From contig NC_016803.1 of assembly GCF_000189295.2 (NCBI RefSeq), positions 180,001 through 212,000 on the forward strand: a stretch of 32,000 bases of DNA. The letters are read 5' to 3'. Under the pieces are notes generated by a model. It had not been told where the DNA came from. It saw only the letters and a program-made list of their open reading frames with translations, and searched no databases. Positions 9,778 to 18,177 of the stretch are shown here, piece by piece. Source of the stretch: Pseudodesulfovibrio mercurii. GTDB lineage: Bacteria > Desulfobacterota > Desulfovibrionia > Desulfovibrionales > Desulfovibrionaceae. Numbering within the stretch: position 1 is the stretch's first letter; each line of letters begins with the position of its first letter. The position numbers and the translations under genes were made by a program.

Positions 9778-10923
9778 ATGCTCAAGATACGTTATTCACT
9801 TGATTTGGAGCTGACCAATTCCATCCGCGACATGGCGCTCCCGGAAGAGTTGCACTTTCAGGTGCGCAATCTCGTCGTCAAGACCAAGAAAGGCAGCGTC
9901 CTGACCAAGGGCGAGATCATCGCCGAACATCCCGCCCCGGGCGGCGGGGCCTACCACGCGGCGGTGGGCGGCAAGGTCACGGGCGTCAACTACCACAGCC
10001 TGATCGTGAACTGCACGGGCGGCGATGACGTCGTTCCCCCCGTGGACGTCAATTCCATGGGCAAGGGCGCGGAACTGCTGCGCGTCCTCCAGGGACTCGG
10101 CGTGGGCGTGAGCCAGCTCTCGGGCAAGGCCGAGGTCCTGGTCATCAACGGCCTGAACCCGGAACCGGGCGTGTCCGTGGCCCAGCAACTCCTGCGGGAC
10201 GGCCGCGAGGAACTGGCCGCGGGTCTGGCCCTGGCCCGCAGGCTGCTCTCGCCCAACCGCACGGTCCTGGCCGTGCCCAAGGGCGACGAGGTGACCATCC
10301 CCGGCGCCGAGAGCGTACAGGTCCGGGCCAAGTACCCGTACTCCCTGGACGCCCTGGTGGTCCGGGCCGTGACCGGCCGGGAATTTCCCGAGGACACCCG
10401 GGTCATGAACGTCATGGACCTCTACGACCTGGGCCGGGTGAGCCTGACCGGGCTGCCCATCACCGAGACATTGATGACCATCGCCGGGAACAATTACCGG
10501 GTGCCCATCGGCACGCCCGTGCGGCACATCCTGACTGTCCTCGGCCTGGAGACCCACCCCGGCGACTCCATCGTCCTGGGCGGGCCCTTCCGGGGCGAGG
10601 CCATCTACAGCCTGGACGAGGGGGTCAAGAAGACCGACTACGGCCTGTTCATCACCTCTTCGGACGCCATCCCGGCGGTCCAGGACGCGGCCTGCATCAA
10701 CTGCGGGGAGTGCGTCCTGCAATGCCCGGCCAGGGTCCAGCCGCACCTCATCAGCCGTTGCGCCGAGTACGAACGGTTCGAGGAGGCCGAGCGGTACGGC
10801 CTGAACAGCTGTTTCGAGTGCGGTTTGTGCGCCTTCAACTGCTTCGCCCGACGGCCGCTGCTCCAATACATCCGCTTCGCCAAGGCGCAGCTCAAGGCCA
10901 AGGGGCAGGGGGCCCAGGCCTGA
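9778..10923 (+). CDS. rnfC: Rnf complex subunit C-like protein (short form; two 4Fe-4S motifs retained, nucleotide/FMN motifs apparently degenerate)
   Basis: GAGG lies 7 nt upstream of ATG 9778. Its position as the first of rnfCDGEAB supports the call. C-terminal motifs CINCGECVLQCP and CFECGLCAFNC. INGLNPEPG stands in place of the canonical INGAECEPY. Confidence 0.7.
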   Translation: MLKIRYSLDLELTNSIRDMALPEELHFQVRNLVVKTKKGSVLTKGEIIAEHPAPGGGAYHAAVGGKVTGVNYHSLIVNCTGGDDVVPPVDVNSMGKGAELLRVLQGLGVGVSQLSGKAEVLVINGLNPEPGVSVAQQLLRDGREELAAGLALARRLLSPNRTVLAVPKGDEVTIPGAESVQVRAKYPYSLDALVVRAVTGREFPEDTRVMNVMDLYDLGRVSLTGLPITETLMTIAGNNYRVPIGTPVRHILTVLGLETHPGDSIVLGGPFRGEAIYSLDEGVKKTDYGLFITSSDAIPAVQDAACINCGECVLQCPARVQPHLISRCAEYERFEEAERYGLNSCFECGLCAFNCFARRPLLQYIRFAKAQLKAKGQGAQA

Positions 10924-10963
10924 GCCGGTACGGGGAACAATCACGAAGTTCGACAACACAAGG

Positions 10964-11947
10964 ATGATGAACAATATGAATCCTCCCATTCTCAAAGCAA
11001 TGTCCGACGTATCGCTCAGGCTGACGGTTTCGCCGCCGCCGCACTGGCGTAGCGGGCGGACCATCCAGGGCATGATGCAGGCGCACCTGCTGGCCCTGCT
11101 TCCGGCCGTGGTCACGGCGGTGATCATGTACGGCTACCGCGCCATCTCGGTGATCGGCCTGGCCGGGACCGCGGCGGTGCTCACCGAAGTGGTCTGTCTG
11201 CGCCTCCAGAAGCGGGACGTGGACGTGGACAATTATTCGGCCCTTTACGCGGGCGTGCTCTTCGCCTTCCTGCTCCCGGTCACCGCGCCGTGGTGGCTGG
11301 TGGCCATCGGTGGCATCCTGACCATCGCCCTGGGGCGCACCGTTTTCGGCGGCTTCGGCTGCAACCCGGTCTGCGCCCCGCTGGTGGCCTGGGCCGTGTG
11401 TCGTTTCTCCTGGCCCGCGGCCATGGACATTGACCTCAACCTGGCGAACTACGTGGCCAACAGCCCAGTGGATCAGCTCATGCATTTCGGAGTGGGCAGC
11501 CTCCTCCAGTTCGACTACATGGACCTGTTCACCGGGCGGCAGCTCGGCGGCCTGGGTTCGTCACAGGTCATGGCCCTGGCCGCGGGCGGCATTTTCCTGC
11601 TCGCCGCCCGCTGGATCCGCCTGTTCATCCCGGTGGGCTTCCTCATCGGCGTGGCGGGCACGGCGACCGTGTACTGGGCCATCGACCCCACGGTCTACGC
11701 CGATCCCATGTTCCACCTGCTGGCGGGCAGCACCGTGTTCGGGGCCTTCTTCCTGGCGCCTGACGCGGCCTCCAGCCCGGTCGGCAAGATTCCCCAGACC
11801 GTGTTCGGCCTCATCGCCGGAGCCATGGTCGTGATCATCCGCGTGTACGGGGTGTACCCCGACGGCGTGCCCTTCGCCATCATGGTGGCGAACCTGCTCA
11901 GCCCGCTGTTGGACCGCCTCCGTCCCAAGTTCTTCGGAGTCAGATAA
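10964..11947 (+). CDS. rnfD: Rnf complex subunit D (NqrB-like polytopic membrane protein)
   Basis: N-terminus LRLTVSPPPHWRSGRTIQGMM is typical of RnfD/NqrB. Multiple TM helices. Synteny. Start is ambiguous among ATG 10964, 10967 and 10976. Confidence 0.85.
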   Translation: MMNNMNPPILKAMSDVSLRLTVSPPPHWRSGRTIQGMMQAHLLALLPAVVTAVIMYGYRAISVIGLAGTAAVLTEVVCLRLQKRDVDVDNYSALYAGVLFAFLLPVTAPWWLVAIGGILTIALGRTVFGGFGCNPVCAPLVAWAVCRFSWPAAMDIDLNLANYVANSPVDQLMHFGVGSLLQFDYMDLFTGRQLGGLGSSQVMALAAGGIFLLAARWIRLFIPVGFLIGVAGTATVYWAIDPTVYADPMFHLLAGSTVFGAFFLAPDAASSPVGKIPQTVFGLIAGAMVVIIRVYGVYPDGVPFAIMVANLLSPLLDRLRPKFFGVR

Positions 11948-11949
11948 TC

Positions 11950-12519
11950 ATGCGTGAAATCATCAATATGATCGTGGTTCTGTCGCTCATCTGCGCCGCC
12001 TCCGGGACCCTGCTGGTCAACCTGAAGCGAGCCACCAAGGACAAGATCGAACAACAGGTGCTTGTCAACGTCCAGGGCCCGGCCCTGATGACCGTGCTCG
12101 CCGGGTGCGACAACGACCCCATCGCCGAGCGCAAGATCGTGGACGGGGTGACCGTGTTCCCGGCCCGCCGCGCGGGCAAGCTCGTGGGCGTGGCCTTCGA
12201 GACCTTCGCCCCCGGCTACTCCGGGGACGTCGGGGTCATGGTCGGCTTCGACGTGGACGCGGACCGGCTCATCGGCATCGGCGTCACCACCCAGACCGAG
12301 ACCCCGGGCGTGGGCACGCGCATCATGAAGCCCGCCTTCCTCAAGCAGTTCAAGGGCCACAAGCTCGACTCCATGGCCCTGAGCTCCAAGGACGGCGACA
12401 TCGACGCCGTGGCCGGGGCGACCTATTCGTCCACCGGCGCGGTGGACGCGGTGCGCAAGGCCCTCGACCTGTACAAGGGCATCAAGCCGCAAATCGCCGA
12501 CCTCTGGCCGGCGTCCTAA
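11950..12519 (+). CDS. rnfG: Rnf complex subunit G (FMN-binding domain)
   Basis: Starts 2 nt after the rnfD stop. N-terminal TM. FMN_bind-type motif DAVAGATYSSTGAV near the C-terminus. Confidence 0.85.
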   Translation: MREIINMIVVLSLICAASGTLLVNLKRATKDKIEQQVLVNVQGPALMTVLAGCDNDPIAERKIVDGVTVFPARRAGKLVGVAFETFAPGYSGDVGVMVGFDVDADRLIGIGVTTQTETPGVGTRIMKPAFLKQFKGHKLDSMALSSKDGDIDAVAGATYSSTGAVDAVRKALDLYKGIKPQIADLWPAS

Positions 12520-12532
12520 GGAGAGCGATACA

Positions 12533-13225
12533 ATGAGTGCTTCCCTCAAGAAGGAATTCCTCAAGGGGTTGTGGGACGAGCTGCCGCCGTTCCGCGTGGT
12601 CCTCGGGCTGTGCCCGACCCTGGCCGTGACCTCCACGGCGGAGAACGGGTTCGGCATGGGCATGGCCGTGCTCTTCGTCCTGACCCTGTCCAACGCCATC
12701 ATCTCGGGCCTGCGCAAGGTCATTCCGTCCAAGGTGCGCATCGCCTGCTTCATCGTCATCGCGGCCTCCCTGGTGGTGGCCGTGGAACTGCTCATGCAGG
12801 CCTACACCTACTCCCTGTATCAGCGGCTCGGCATCTTCGTGCCGCTCATCGTGGTCAACTGCATCATCCTGGGCCGGGCCGAGGCCTTCGCCTCCAAGAA
12901 TCCCGTCCTGCCGTCCATCGCCGACGGCCTGGGCATGGGGCTCGGCTTCACCATGTCCCTGACCTTCCTGGGCGCGCTGCGCGAAGGGTTCGGCAACGGC
13001 ACCGTCTTCGGCGTGCCGGTGGCCTGGGACTCCTTCCAGCCCGCCCACTTCATGGTCATGGCCCCCGGCGCCTTCGTCTGCCTGGGACTGATCCTGGCGA
13101 GCATGAACGCGCTCAACCGTTACCTGAGCCGCCGCAAGGGCGAGCCGGAAACCGAGCCGCAGAACACGGCCTGCGCGTCCTGCGCGGGCTGCAACCTGTG
13201 CATCACGGCCAAGAGGGAGAGGTAG
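12533..13225 (+). CDS. rnfE: Rnf complex subunit E (NqrD-like)
   Basis: AAGGAGAG RBS. Signature VVLGLCPTLAVTS and LIVVNCIILGRAEAFA. Six hydrophobic helices. Confidence 0.85.
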   Translation: MSASLKKEFLKGLWDELPPFRVVLGLCPTLAVTSTAENGFGMGMAVLFVLTLSNAIISGLRKVIPSKVRIACFIVIAASLVVAVELLMQAYTYSLYQRLGIFVPLIVVNCIILGRAEAFASKNPVLPSIADGLGMGLGFTMSLTFLGALREGFGNGTVFGVPVAWDSFQPAHFMVMAPGAFVCLGLILASMNALNRYLSRRKGEPETEPQNTACASCAGCNLCITAKRER

Positions 13226-13228
13226 ATC

Positions 13229-13804
13229 ATGGATTACTTCATGCTGTTCATCTCGGCCATCTTCATCAACAACATCGTCCTGGTCCAGTATCTGGGCACC
13301 TGCCCGTTCATGGGCACGTCCAAGTCCACGGACGTGGCCATCGGCATGGGCGCGGCGGTCATCTTCGTCCTGCTCATGGCCACGGCCTTCACCTGGCCCC
13401 TCCAGCATTACGTGCTGACCCCCTATGGCATCGGCTACCTCCAGACCATCGTGTTCATCCTGGTCATCGCCTCCCTGGTCCAGTTCGTGGAACTGTTCCT
13501 GAAGAAGGTCATCCCGCCCCTGCATGCCTCGCTCGGTCTGTTCCTGCCCCTGATCACCACCAACTGCGCGGTCATGGGCGTGGCCATCATGGTCCAGCGC
13601 AGCAACTATTCGTTCGTCAAGGCGATGGCCTTCTCCCTTGCCTCTGGAGTCGGCTTCCTCATCGCCCTGGTCATCATCTCCGCCATCCGGGAGCGGCTCG
13701 ACGTCTCCCCGGTGCCGGTGGTCTTCCGCGGTATTCCGGTGGCGCTCATCACGGCGGGCATCATGTCGCTGGTCTTCCTCGCCTTCCAGGGCATGGCCGC
13801 GTAA
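13229..13804 (+). CDS. rnfA: Rnf complex subunit A (NqrE-like)
   Basis: Starts 3 nt after the rnfE stop. Signature NNIVLVQYLGTCPFMGTS and PLITTNCAVMG. Six hydrophobic helices. Confidence 0.85.
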   Translation: MDYFMLFISAIFINNIVLVQYLGTCPFMGTSKSTDVAIGMGAAVIFVLLMATAFTWPLQHYVLTPYGIGYLQTIVFILVIASLVQFVELFLKKVIPPLHASLGLFLPLITTNCAVMGVAIMVQRSNYSFVKAMAFSLASGVGFLIALVIISAIRERLDVSPVPVVFRGIPVALITAGIMSLVFLAFQGMAA

Positions 13805-13828
13805 CCGTACAAGCACAAGGACGAGATT

Positions 13829-15943
13829 ATGGTAGCCTCATCCATATTGGTTCTGTTTCTTCTGGGGTTGACGGCGGCCGCCATTCTGGCCGTGGCCTCC
13901 CGGATTCTCTACGTCAAGGAGGACCCCCGCGTGGCCAGGGTCGAAGCCTGCCTGCCCGGCGCCAACTGCGGCGGCTGCGGCTATCCGGGCTGCTCGGCGG
14001 CGGCCGCGGCCGTGGTCAGCGGCGACGCTCCGCCCGAGGTCTGCGTGGTGGCCAACCTGGAGACCTCGGCGCGCATCGCCGGGATCATGGGGGCCGAGGT
14101 GCAGTTCAAGGAGCCCAAGGTGGCCACGAACATATGCAGCGGCGGCTCCCGGGCCAACCTGCTGTTCGACTACAAGGGCGTGGAGGACTGCCGCGCCGAG
14201 GCGCTGCTCTACGGCGGCGAGAAGTCCTGCGGCATCGGCTGCATCGGGCTCGGCACCTGCGTCAAGGTCTGTTCGTTCAACGCCATTCGGTTGAGCGACG
14301 CGGGACTGCCCGTGGTGGACTGGAACGCCTGCCGGTCCTGCGGCAAGTGCGCCGAGGCGTGCCCCACCGGGGCCATCCGCATCTCCAGCGTGACCAGCGT
14401 GCTCCTGCACCTCAACCAGACCGACGACTGCCTGGCCCCGTGCATGCAGAAGTGCCCGGCCCAGATCAACGTGCGCCGCTACGTCCAGCAGCTCAAGCAG
14501 GGCGACATGCGCGGCGCGCTTCTGACCATCAAGGAGCACAACCCGTTGCCGCTCATCGTGGGCCGCGTCTGTCCGGCCCCGTGCGAAAACATCTGCCGGC
14601 GCAAGATCGTGGACGAGGGCGTGGCCATCCACACCCTGCAACGGTACGTGGCGGACTGGGAGATGCATTCGGGGACCCGCGTGGTCCTGCACTGCAATCC
14701 GCCCAGCGGCCACAAGGTGGCCATCATCGGCGGCGGTCCCGCCGGGCTGTCCTGCGCCTACTTCCTGCGCCGCGTGGGGCATGAGCCGGTCATCTTCGAG
14801 AAGCGTCAGCACATCGGCGGCATGATGCGCGGCGTCATCCCGGAATACCGGCTGCCCAAGAAGGTCGTGGACTGGGAGGTCCAGACCATCCTTAACCTCG
14901 GCGTGGAGACCCGCACCGGCGTGGCCTTCGGCCGGGACGTGACCCTGGCCGACCTTGAGAAGGAGGGGTTCGAGGCGGTCTTCATCGCCACGGGCGCCTG
15001 GAAGGTGCCCCCGCTCGGCATCGAGAACGACAACGCCGAGGGCGTGCTGGACGCCATCTCCTTCCTCTACGGCGTGGGCCGGGAATATACCGACCTGCGC
15101 GGCAAGACCGTGGTCGTGGTGGGCGGCAGCAACACCGCCATGGACGTGGTCCGCAGCGCCATCCGCCTCGGCGCCACGGCCATCGCCCTGGTGCCGAGCA
15201 TCCAGCGCAAGATGTCCGCCAACAAGGAGGAGATCCAGCGCGCCGTGGAGATCGGAGCCGACCTTCGCTACATGACCGCGCCCATCGGCCTGGTGGCCGA
15301 GGACGGGGCCGTGTGCGGCGTGACCTATTGCGACCTGGCCTACGACGACCCGGAAAAGGCCAAGGGCGGCCCCAACCCCGTCGCCGGGACCAAGTCCTTC
15401 GTGGCTGCCGACATGGTTATCGCGGCCACCGACCGTCTGGTGGACGACAGCCTGCTGCGCGACGCCGACGGCAAGCCTCTCTTCAAGATTGATAAGAAGA
15501 CCGGTGGGATCAGTGCAAACCCGACCACGTTGCAAACCGACATCCCCAACGTGTTCGTGGGCGGAGAAGTCCACACCGGCCGCAACATCCTCATACAGGC
15601 GGTGTCCGACGGACGCCGTGCCGCACGCTCCATCCACTTCTACGTCACCCAGGGAACGGTGCCGGAACCGGACAATCAGCAGGTCCAGGTCATCCCGGAA
15701 TCGATTCTCAAGGACATGCACGTAACATACTCCATCCCCAGGGTCCAAGAACCTCTGGTCAGCGTGGAGGAGCGGAAGCACACCTTCAAGGAGGAAGTGG
15801 CCGGTTCCATCACCTACGAAACGGCTCGGAAGGAGGCGAGCCGCTGCCTGCGATGCGGACTGACCTGTTACGACGCCGACGCCGGGGCCGAATACACCCG
15901 GGACGCCGACGTCAAGGTCATTGCCGAAGCGGGCAGGGAGTAA
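13829..15943 (+). CDS. rnfB: RnfB fused to a GltD-like (glutamate synthase small-subunit family) NAD(P)H/FAD iron-sulfur oxidoreductase, 704 aa
   Basis: AAGGA RBS. Residues 1 to about 190 are RnfB: TM anchor, CGGCGYPGCSAAA cluster motif, and ferredoxin motifs CIGLGTCVKVC and CRSCGKCAEACP. Residues from about 200 onward are GltD-like: CMQKCP...GRVCPAPCENIC, dinucleotide fold VAIIGGGPAGLSCAYFL...FEKRQHIGGMM...IPEYRLP, and a second Rossmann fold VVVVGGSNTAMDVVRSAIRLGA. The frame is uninterrupted. Confidence 0.8.
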   Translation: MVASSILVLFLLGLTAAAILAVASRILYVKEDPRVARVEACLPGANCGGCGYPGCSAAAAAVVSGDAPPEVCVVANLETSARIAGIMGAEVQFKEPKVATNICSGGSRANLLFDYKGVEDCRAEALLYGGEKSCGIGCIGLGTCVKVCSFNAIRLSDAGLPVVDWNACRSCGKCAEACPTGAIRISSVTSVLLHLNQTDDCLAPCMQKCPAQINVRRYVQQLKQGDMRGALLTIKEHNPLPLIVGRVCPAPCENICRRKIVDEGVAIHTLQRYVADWEMHSGTRVVLHCNPPSGHKVAIIGGGPAGLSCAYFLRRVGHEPVIFEKRQHIGGMMRGVIPEYRLPKKVVDWEVQTILNLGVETRTGVAFGRDVTLADLEKEGFEAVFIATGAWKVPPLGIENDNAEGVLDAISFLYGVGREYTDLRGKTVVVVGGSNTAMDVVRSAIRLGATAIALVPSIQRKMSANKEEIQRAVEIGADLRYMTAPIGLVAEDGAVCGVTYCDLAYDDPEKAKGGPNPVAGTKSFVAADMVIAATDRLVDDSLLRDADGKPLFKIDKKTGGISANPTTLQTDIPNVFVGGEVHTGRNILIQAVSDGRRAARSIHFYVTQGTVPEPDNQQVQVIPESILKDMHVTYSIPRVQEPLVSVEERKHTFKEEVAGSITYETARKEASRCLRCGLTCYDADAGAEYTRDADVKVIAEAGRE

Positions 15944-16039
15944 GCAAGACCATCCGAATGATCTCCCGATCGGGCCCGCATGCGCCTCACCCTTCGAGGA
16001 TAGCGCCCCCTGTCGCCCGCTGGACAGGCGCATGAAGCC

Positions 16040-16082
16040 GCAGCCCCGGACATCATACCGTGTCCGGGGCTGCTATTTTTTG
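16040..16082 (+). terminator. Rho-independent terminator of the rnf operon (shared convergent site with speA)
   Basis: gcagccccggaca / tgtccggggctgc: a 13-bp perfect stem with an 8-nt loop, followed by tattttttg. Confidence 0.85.
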
Positions 16083-16102
16083 GGGTCGGGGAGGCGGCGC
16101 GC

Positions 16103-18016
16103 CTACCGTTCGAGGTAGGTGTAGCCGTGCAGGCCGTTGCGGTAGGCCTGAAGGATTTCCCGCCGCTGGGCCGGGGTGATCAGCCCCTTGCGCACGCTGG
16201 CCTCGGCGGTCTCGCGGAAGCGGGTCAGCAACGCCTTGGTGTCGTATTCCACGTAGGACAGGACGTCCTCAACGGTGTCGCCCTCGAGTTCGCCGACAAA
16301 GTCGTACTTGCCGTTTTCGAGAATCCGGACCGTGACCACGTTGGTGTCGCCGAACAGGTTGTGCAGGTCGCCCAGGGTCTCCTGGTACGCGCCCACCAGG
16401 AAGACGCCGAGGTAGTACTCCTCCAGCGGCTTGAGGGCGTGCAGGGCCATGGTCCGGTTGACCCCCGCGCCCTCGATGAAGCGGTCGATCTTGCCGTCGC
16501 AGTCGCAGGTGATGTCGGCCAGGGACCCCTCGCGGGCGGGCTCCTCGTCCAGCCGGTGCACGGGCATGACCGGGAAGAGCTGATGGATGGCCCAGGCATC
16601 GGGCAGGGACTGGAACACGCTGAAATTGCAGTAGTAGATGTCCGACAGGGTGCGGGCCAGGCCCTCCAGCTCCAGGGGCAGGCTGGGCAGGTTCCGGGTC
16701 AGGGCCGCAATGGTCCGCACGGTCAGCCAGAAGACGTTTTCGCCCAGGGCGCGCTCGCGGAAGGAGATGATCCCCTGGTTGAAGGCCTGGCGGACCTCGT
16801 CCCGGTAGTAGAGGGCGTCGTTGAAGCTCTCCTGGACGTTGTCGCGGGTCAGGGCAAGCATGGTCTCGTGCAGGTGCCGGATGTGGATGTTGGTGTCCTC
16901 GGGCAGGGCTTCGGGCAGGGGCTCGGGCTCGAACCGCGCGGCATCGACCACGTTCAGGAGGAGCACGGAGTAGTAGGCCACCAGGGCCCGGCCGGATTCG
17001 GTGATGATGGTCGGGTGGTCCACTCCCTGCTCGTCGAGCACGGTCATGACCCCCTCGATGACGTCGGCGCAGTACTCGTGGACCGAGTAGTTGCGGCTGC
17101 TGGACAGGCTGGTCCGGGTGCCGTCGTAGTCCACGGCCAGGCCGCCGCCCAGGTCCAGGTAGCGCATGCCCGCGCCCTCGGCCGTCAGCCCCGCGTAGAT
17201 GCGGCTGGCCTCGGCCACGCCCGCGCGGATCTCGCGGATGTTCGGAATCTGCGAGCCCAGGTGGTAGTGGAGCAGTTGCAGGCAGTCGAGCATGTTCGCC
17301 TCGCCCAGGCGGTCGATGACCTCGATGATCTGGGTGGCGTTGAGGCCGAAGATGGAGCGGTCGCCGCCGGACTCCGCCCACTGGCCCGTGGCCTGGGACG
17401 AGAGTTTGGCGCGCACGCCGAGTATGGGTTTGACGCCCAGGGCCTTGGAGCGCTCGATGATCAGCGGCAGTTCGTTCGGCATCTCCACGACCAGCACGCA
17501 CTGGAAGCCGAGCTGGACGGCGTGCAGGGCCAGGTCCACGAATTCCTCGTCCTTGTAGCCGTTGCACACGAGCACGGCCTCGGGGTCGTTGTGCATGCCC
17601 AGGGCGGCGATGAGTTCGGCCTTGCTCCCGGCCTCGAGCCCGTGGTGGTACCTGCGGCCGTGGCGGGTGACGGCCTCGACCACCTGTTGCTGCTGGTTGA
17701 CCTTGATGGGGTACGCGCCGAGATAGGACCCCCGGTAGGCGAGCTTTTTCATGGCCTGGAGGAAGCTCTCGTTGAGCAGGGTGATCTGGGTGTCCAGGAG
17801 GTTCTCGATGCGCAGCAGCACCGGCATGTCCAGGCCGCGCGCCTGGATGCCCGCGATGATCTCGGGGATGGACACCGCCTCGGAGAAGTCGTCGGGCCGG
17901 GCGGTCACCTGCAAATCCCCGTTTTCGGAGACGCCGAAAAAGCCCGCGCCCCATTCCCGGACGCGATAGAGTCTTTCGGACCGTTCAACGGTCCATTTTT
18001 CCTGTTCCTGGGTCAT
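16103..18016 (-). CDS. speA: Biosynthetic arginine decarboxylase
   Basis: 637 aa. N-terminus WTVERSERLYRVREWGAGFFGVSENGDLQV and the overall length match SpeA. PLP-dependent Orn/DAP/Arg decarboxylase fold-III features: YPIKVNQQ lysine site, DLGGGLAVDY. GAGGGAGG RBS upstream of the ATG at 18016. Confidence 0.85.
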   Translation of the reverse strand: MTQEQEKWTVERSERLYRVREWGAGFFGVSENGDLQVTARPDDFSEAVSIPEIIAGIQARGLDMPVLLRIENLLDTQITLLNESFLQAMKKLAYRGSYLGAYPIKVNQQQQVVEAVTRHGRRYHHGLEAGSKAELIAALGMHNDPEAVLVCNGYKDEEFVDLALHAVQLGFQCVLVVEMPNELPLIIERSKALGVKPILGVRAKLSSQATGQWAESGGDRSIFGLNATQIIEVIDRLGEANMLDCLQLLHYHLGSQIPNIREIRAGVAEASRIYAGLTAEGAGMRYLDLGGGLAVDYDGTRTSLSSSRNYSVHEYCADVIEGVMTVLDEQGVDHPTIITESGRALVAYYSVLLLNVVDAARFEPEPLPEALPEDTNIHIRHLHETMLALTRDNVQESFNDALYYRDEVRQAFNQGIISFRERALGENVFWLTVRTIAALTRNLPSLPLELEGLARTLSDIYYCNFSVFQSLPDAWAIHQLFPVMPVHRLDEEPAREGSLADITCDCDGKIDRFIEGAGVNRTMALHALKPLEEYYLGVFLVGAYQETLGDLHNLFGDTNVVTVRILENGKYDFVGELEGDTVEDVLSYVEYDTKALLTRFRETAEASVRKGLITPAQRREILQAYRNGLHGYTYLER

Positions 18017-18177
18017 GTCCCATCCTCCCTCGATGCGTGGACGTCGGCAACTTCGCCGTATGTGGGCGGCATGTAGGGGCGTGAGCCAGGAATGTCAACC
18101 CGAATGTCCGCACGGCGGTCCATTGTGACCAAAAAAAAGGACAGGCACGTCGGCCGGGGATCGGGCCGCGCTCCGGC

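Noticed and set aside
12571-16033. 737-aa plus-strand off-frame ORF (12571-14784) and 731-aa minus-strand ORF (13838-16033) across rnfE-rnfB
   Set aside because: Both translate to Arg/Gly/Pro/His-rich low-complexity sequence. They overlap genes with clear Rnf signatures in another frame. They have no RBS.
16127-18076. 649-aa plus-strand ORF and 561-aa minus-strand off-frame ORF overlapping speA
   Set aside because: Val/Gly/Asp/Ala/Gln-rich shadow translation. The speA frame has a recognisable arginine decarboxylase sequence and an RBS.
18131-18160. A8 run (T8 on the minus strand) downstream of the sigma-54 regulator as a terminator
   Set aside because: The only nearby stem is about 5 bp and is separated from the T-run by about 12 nt. 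I cannot support an intrinsic terminator call. A perfect TTGACA at 18093-18098 (minus strand) with a poor -10 may belong to a speA promoter, but that is also weak.
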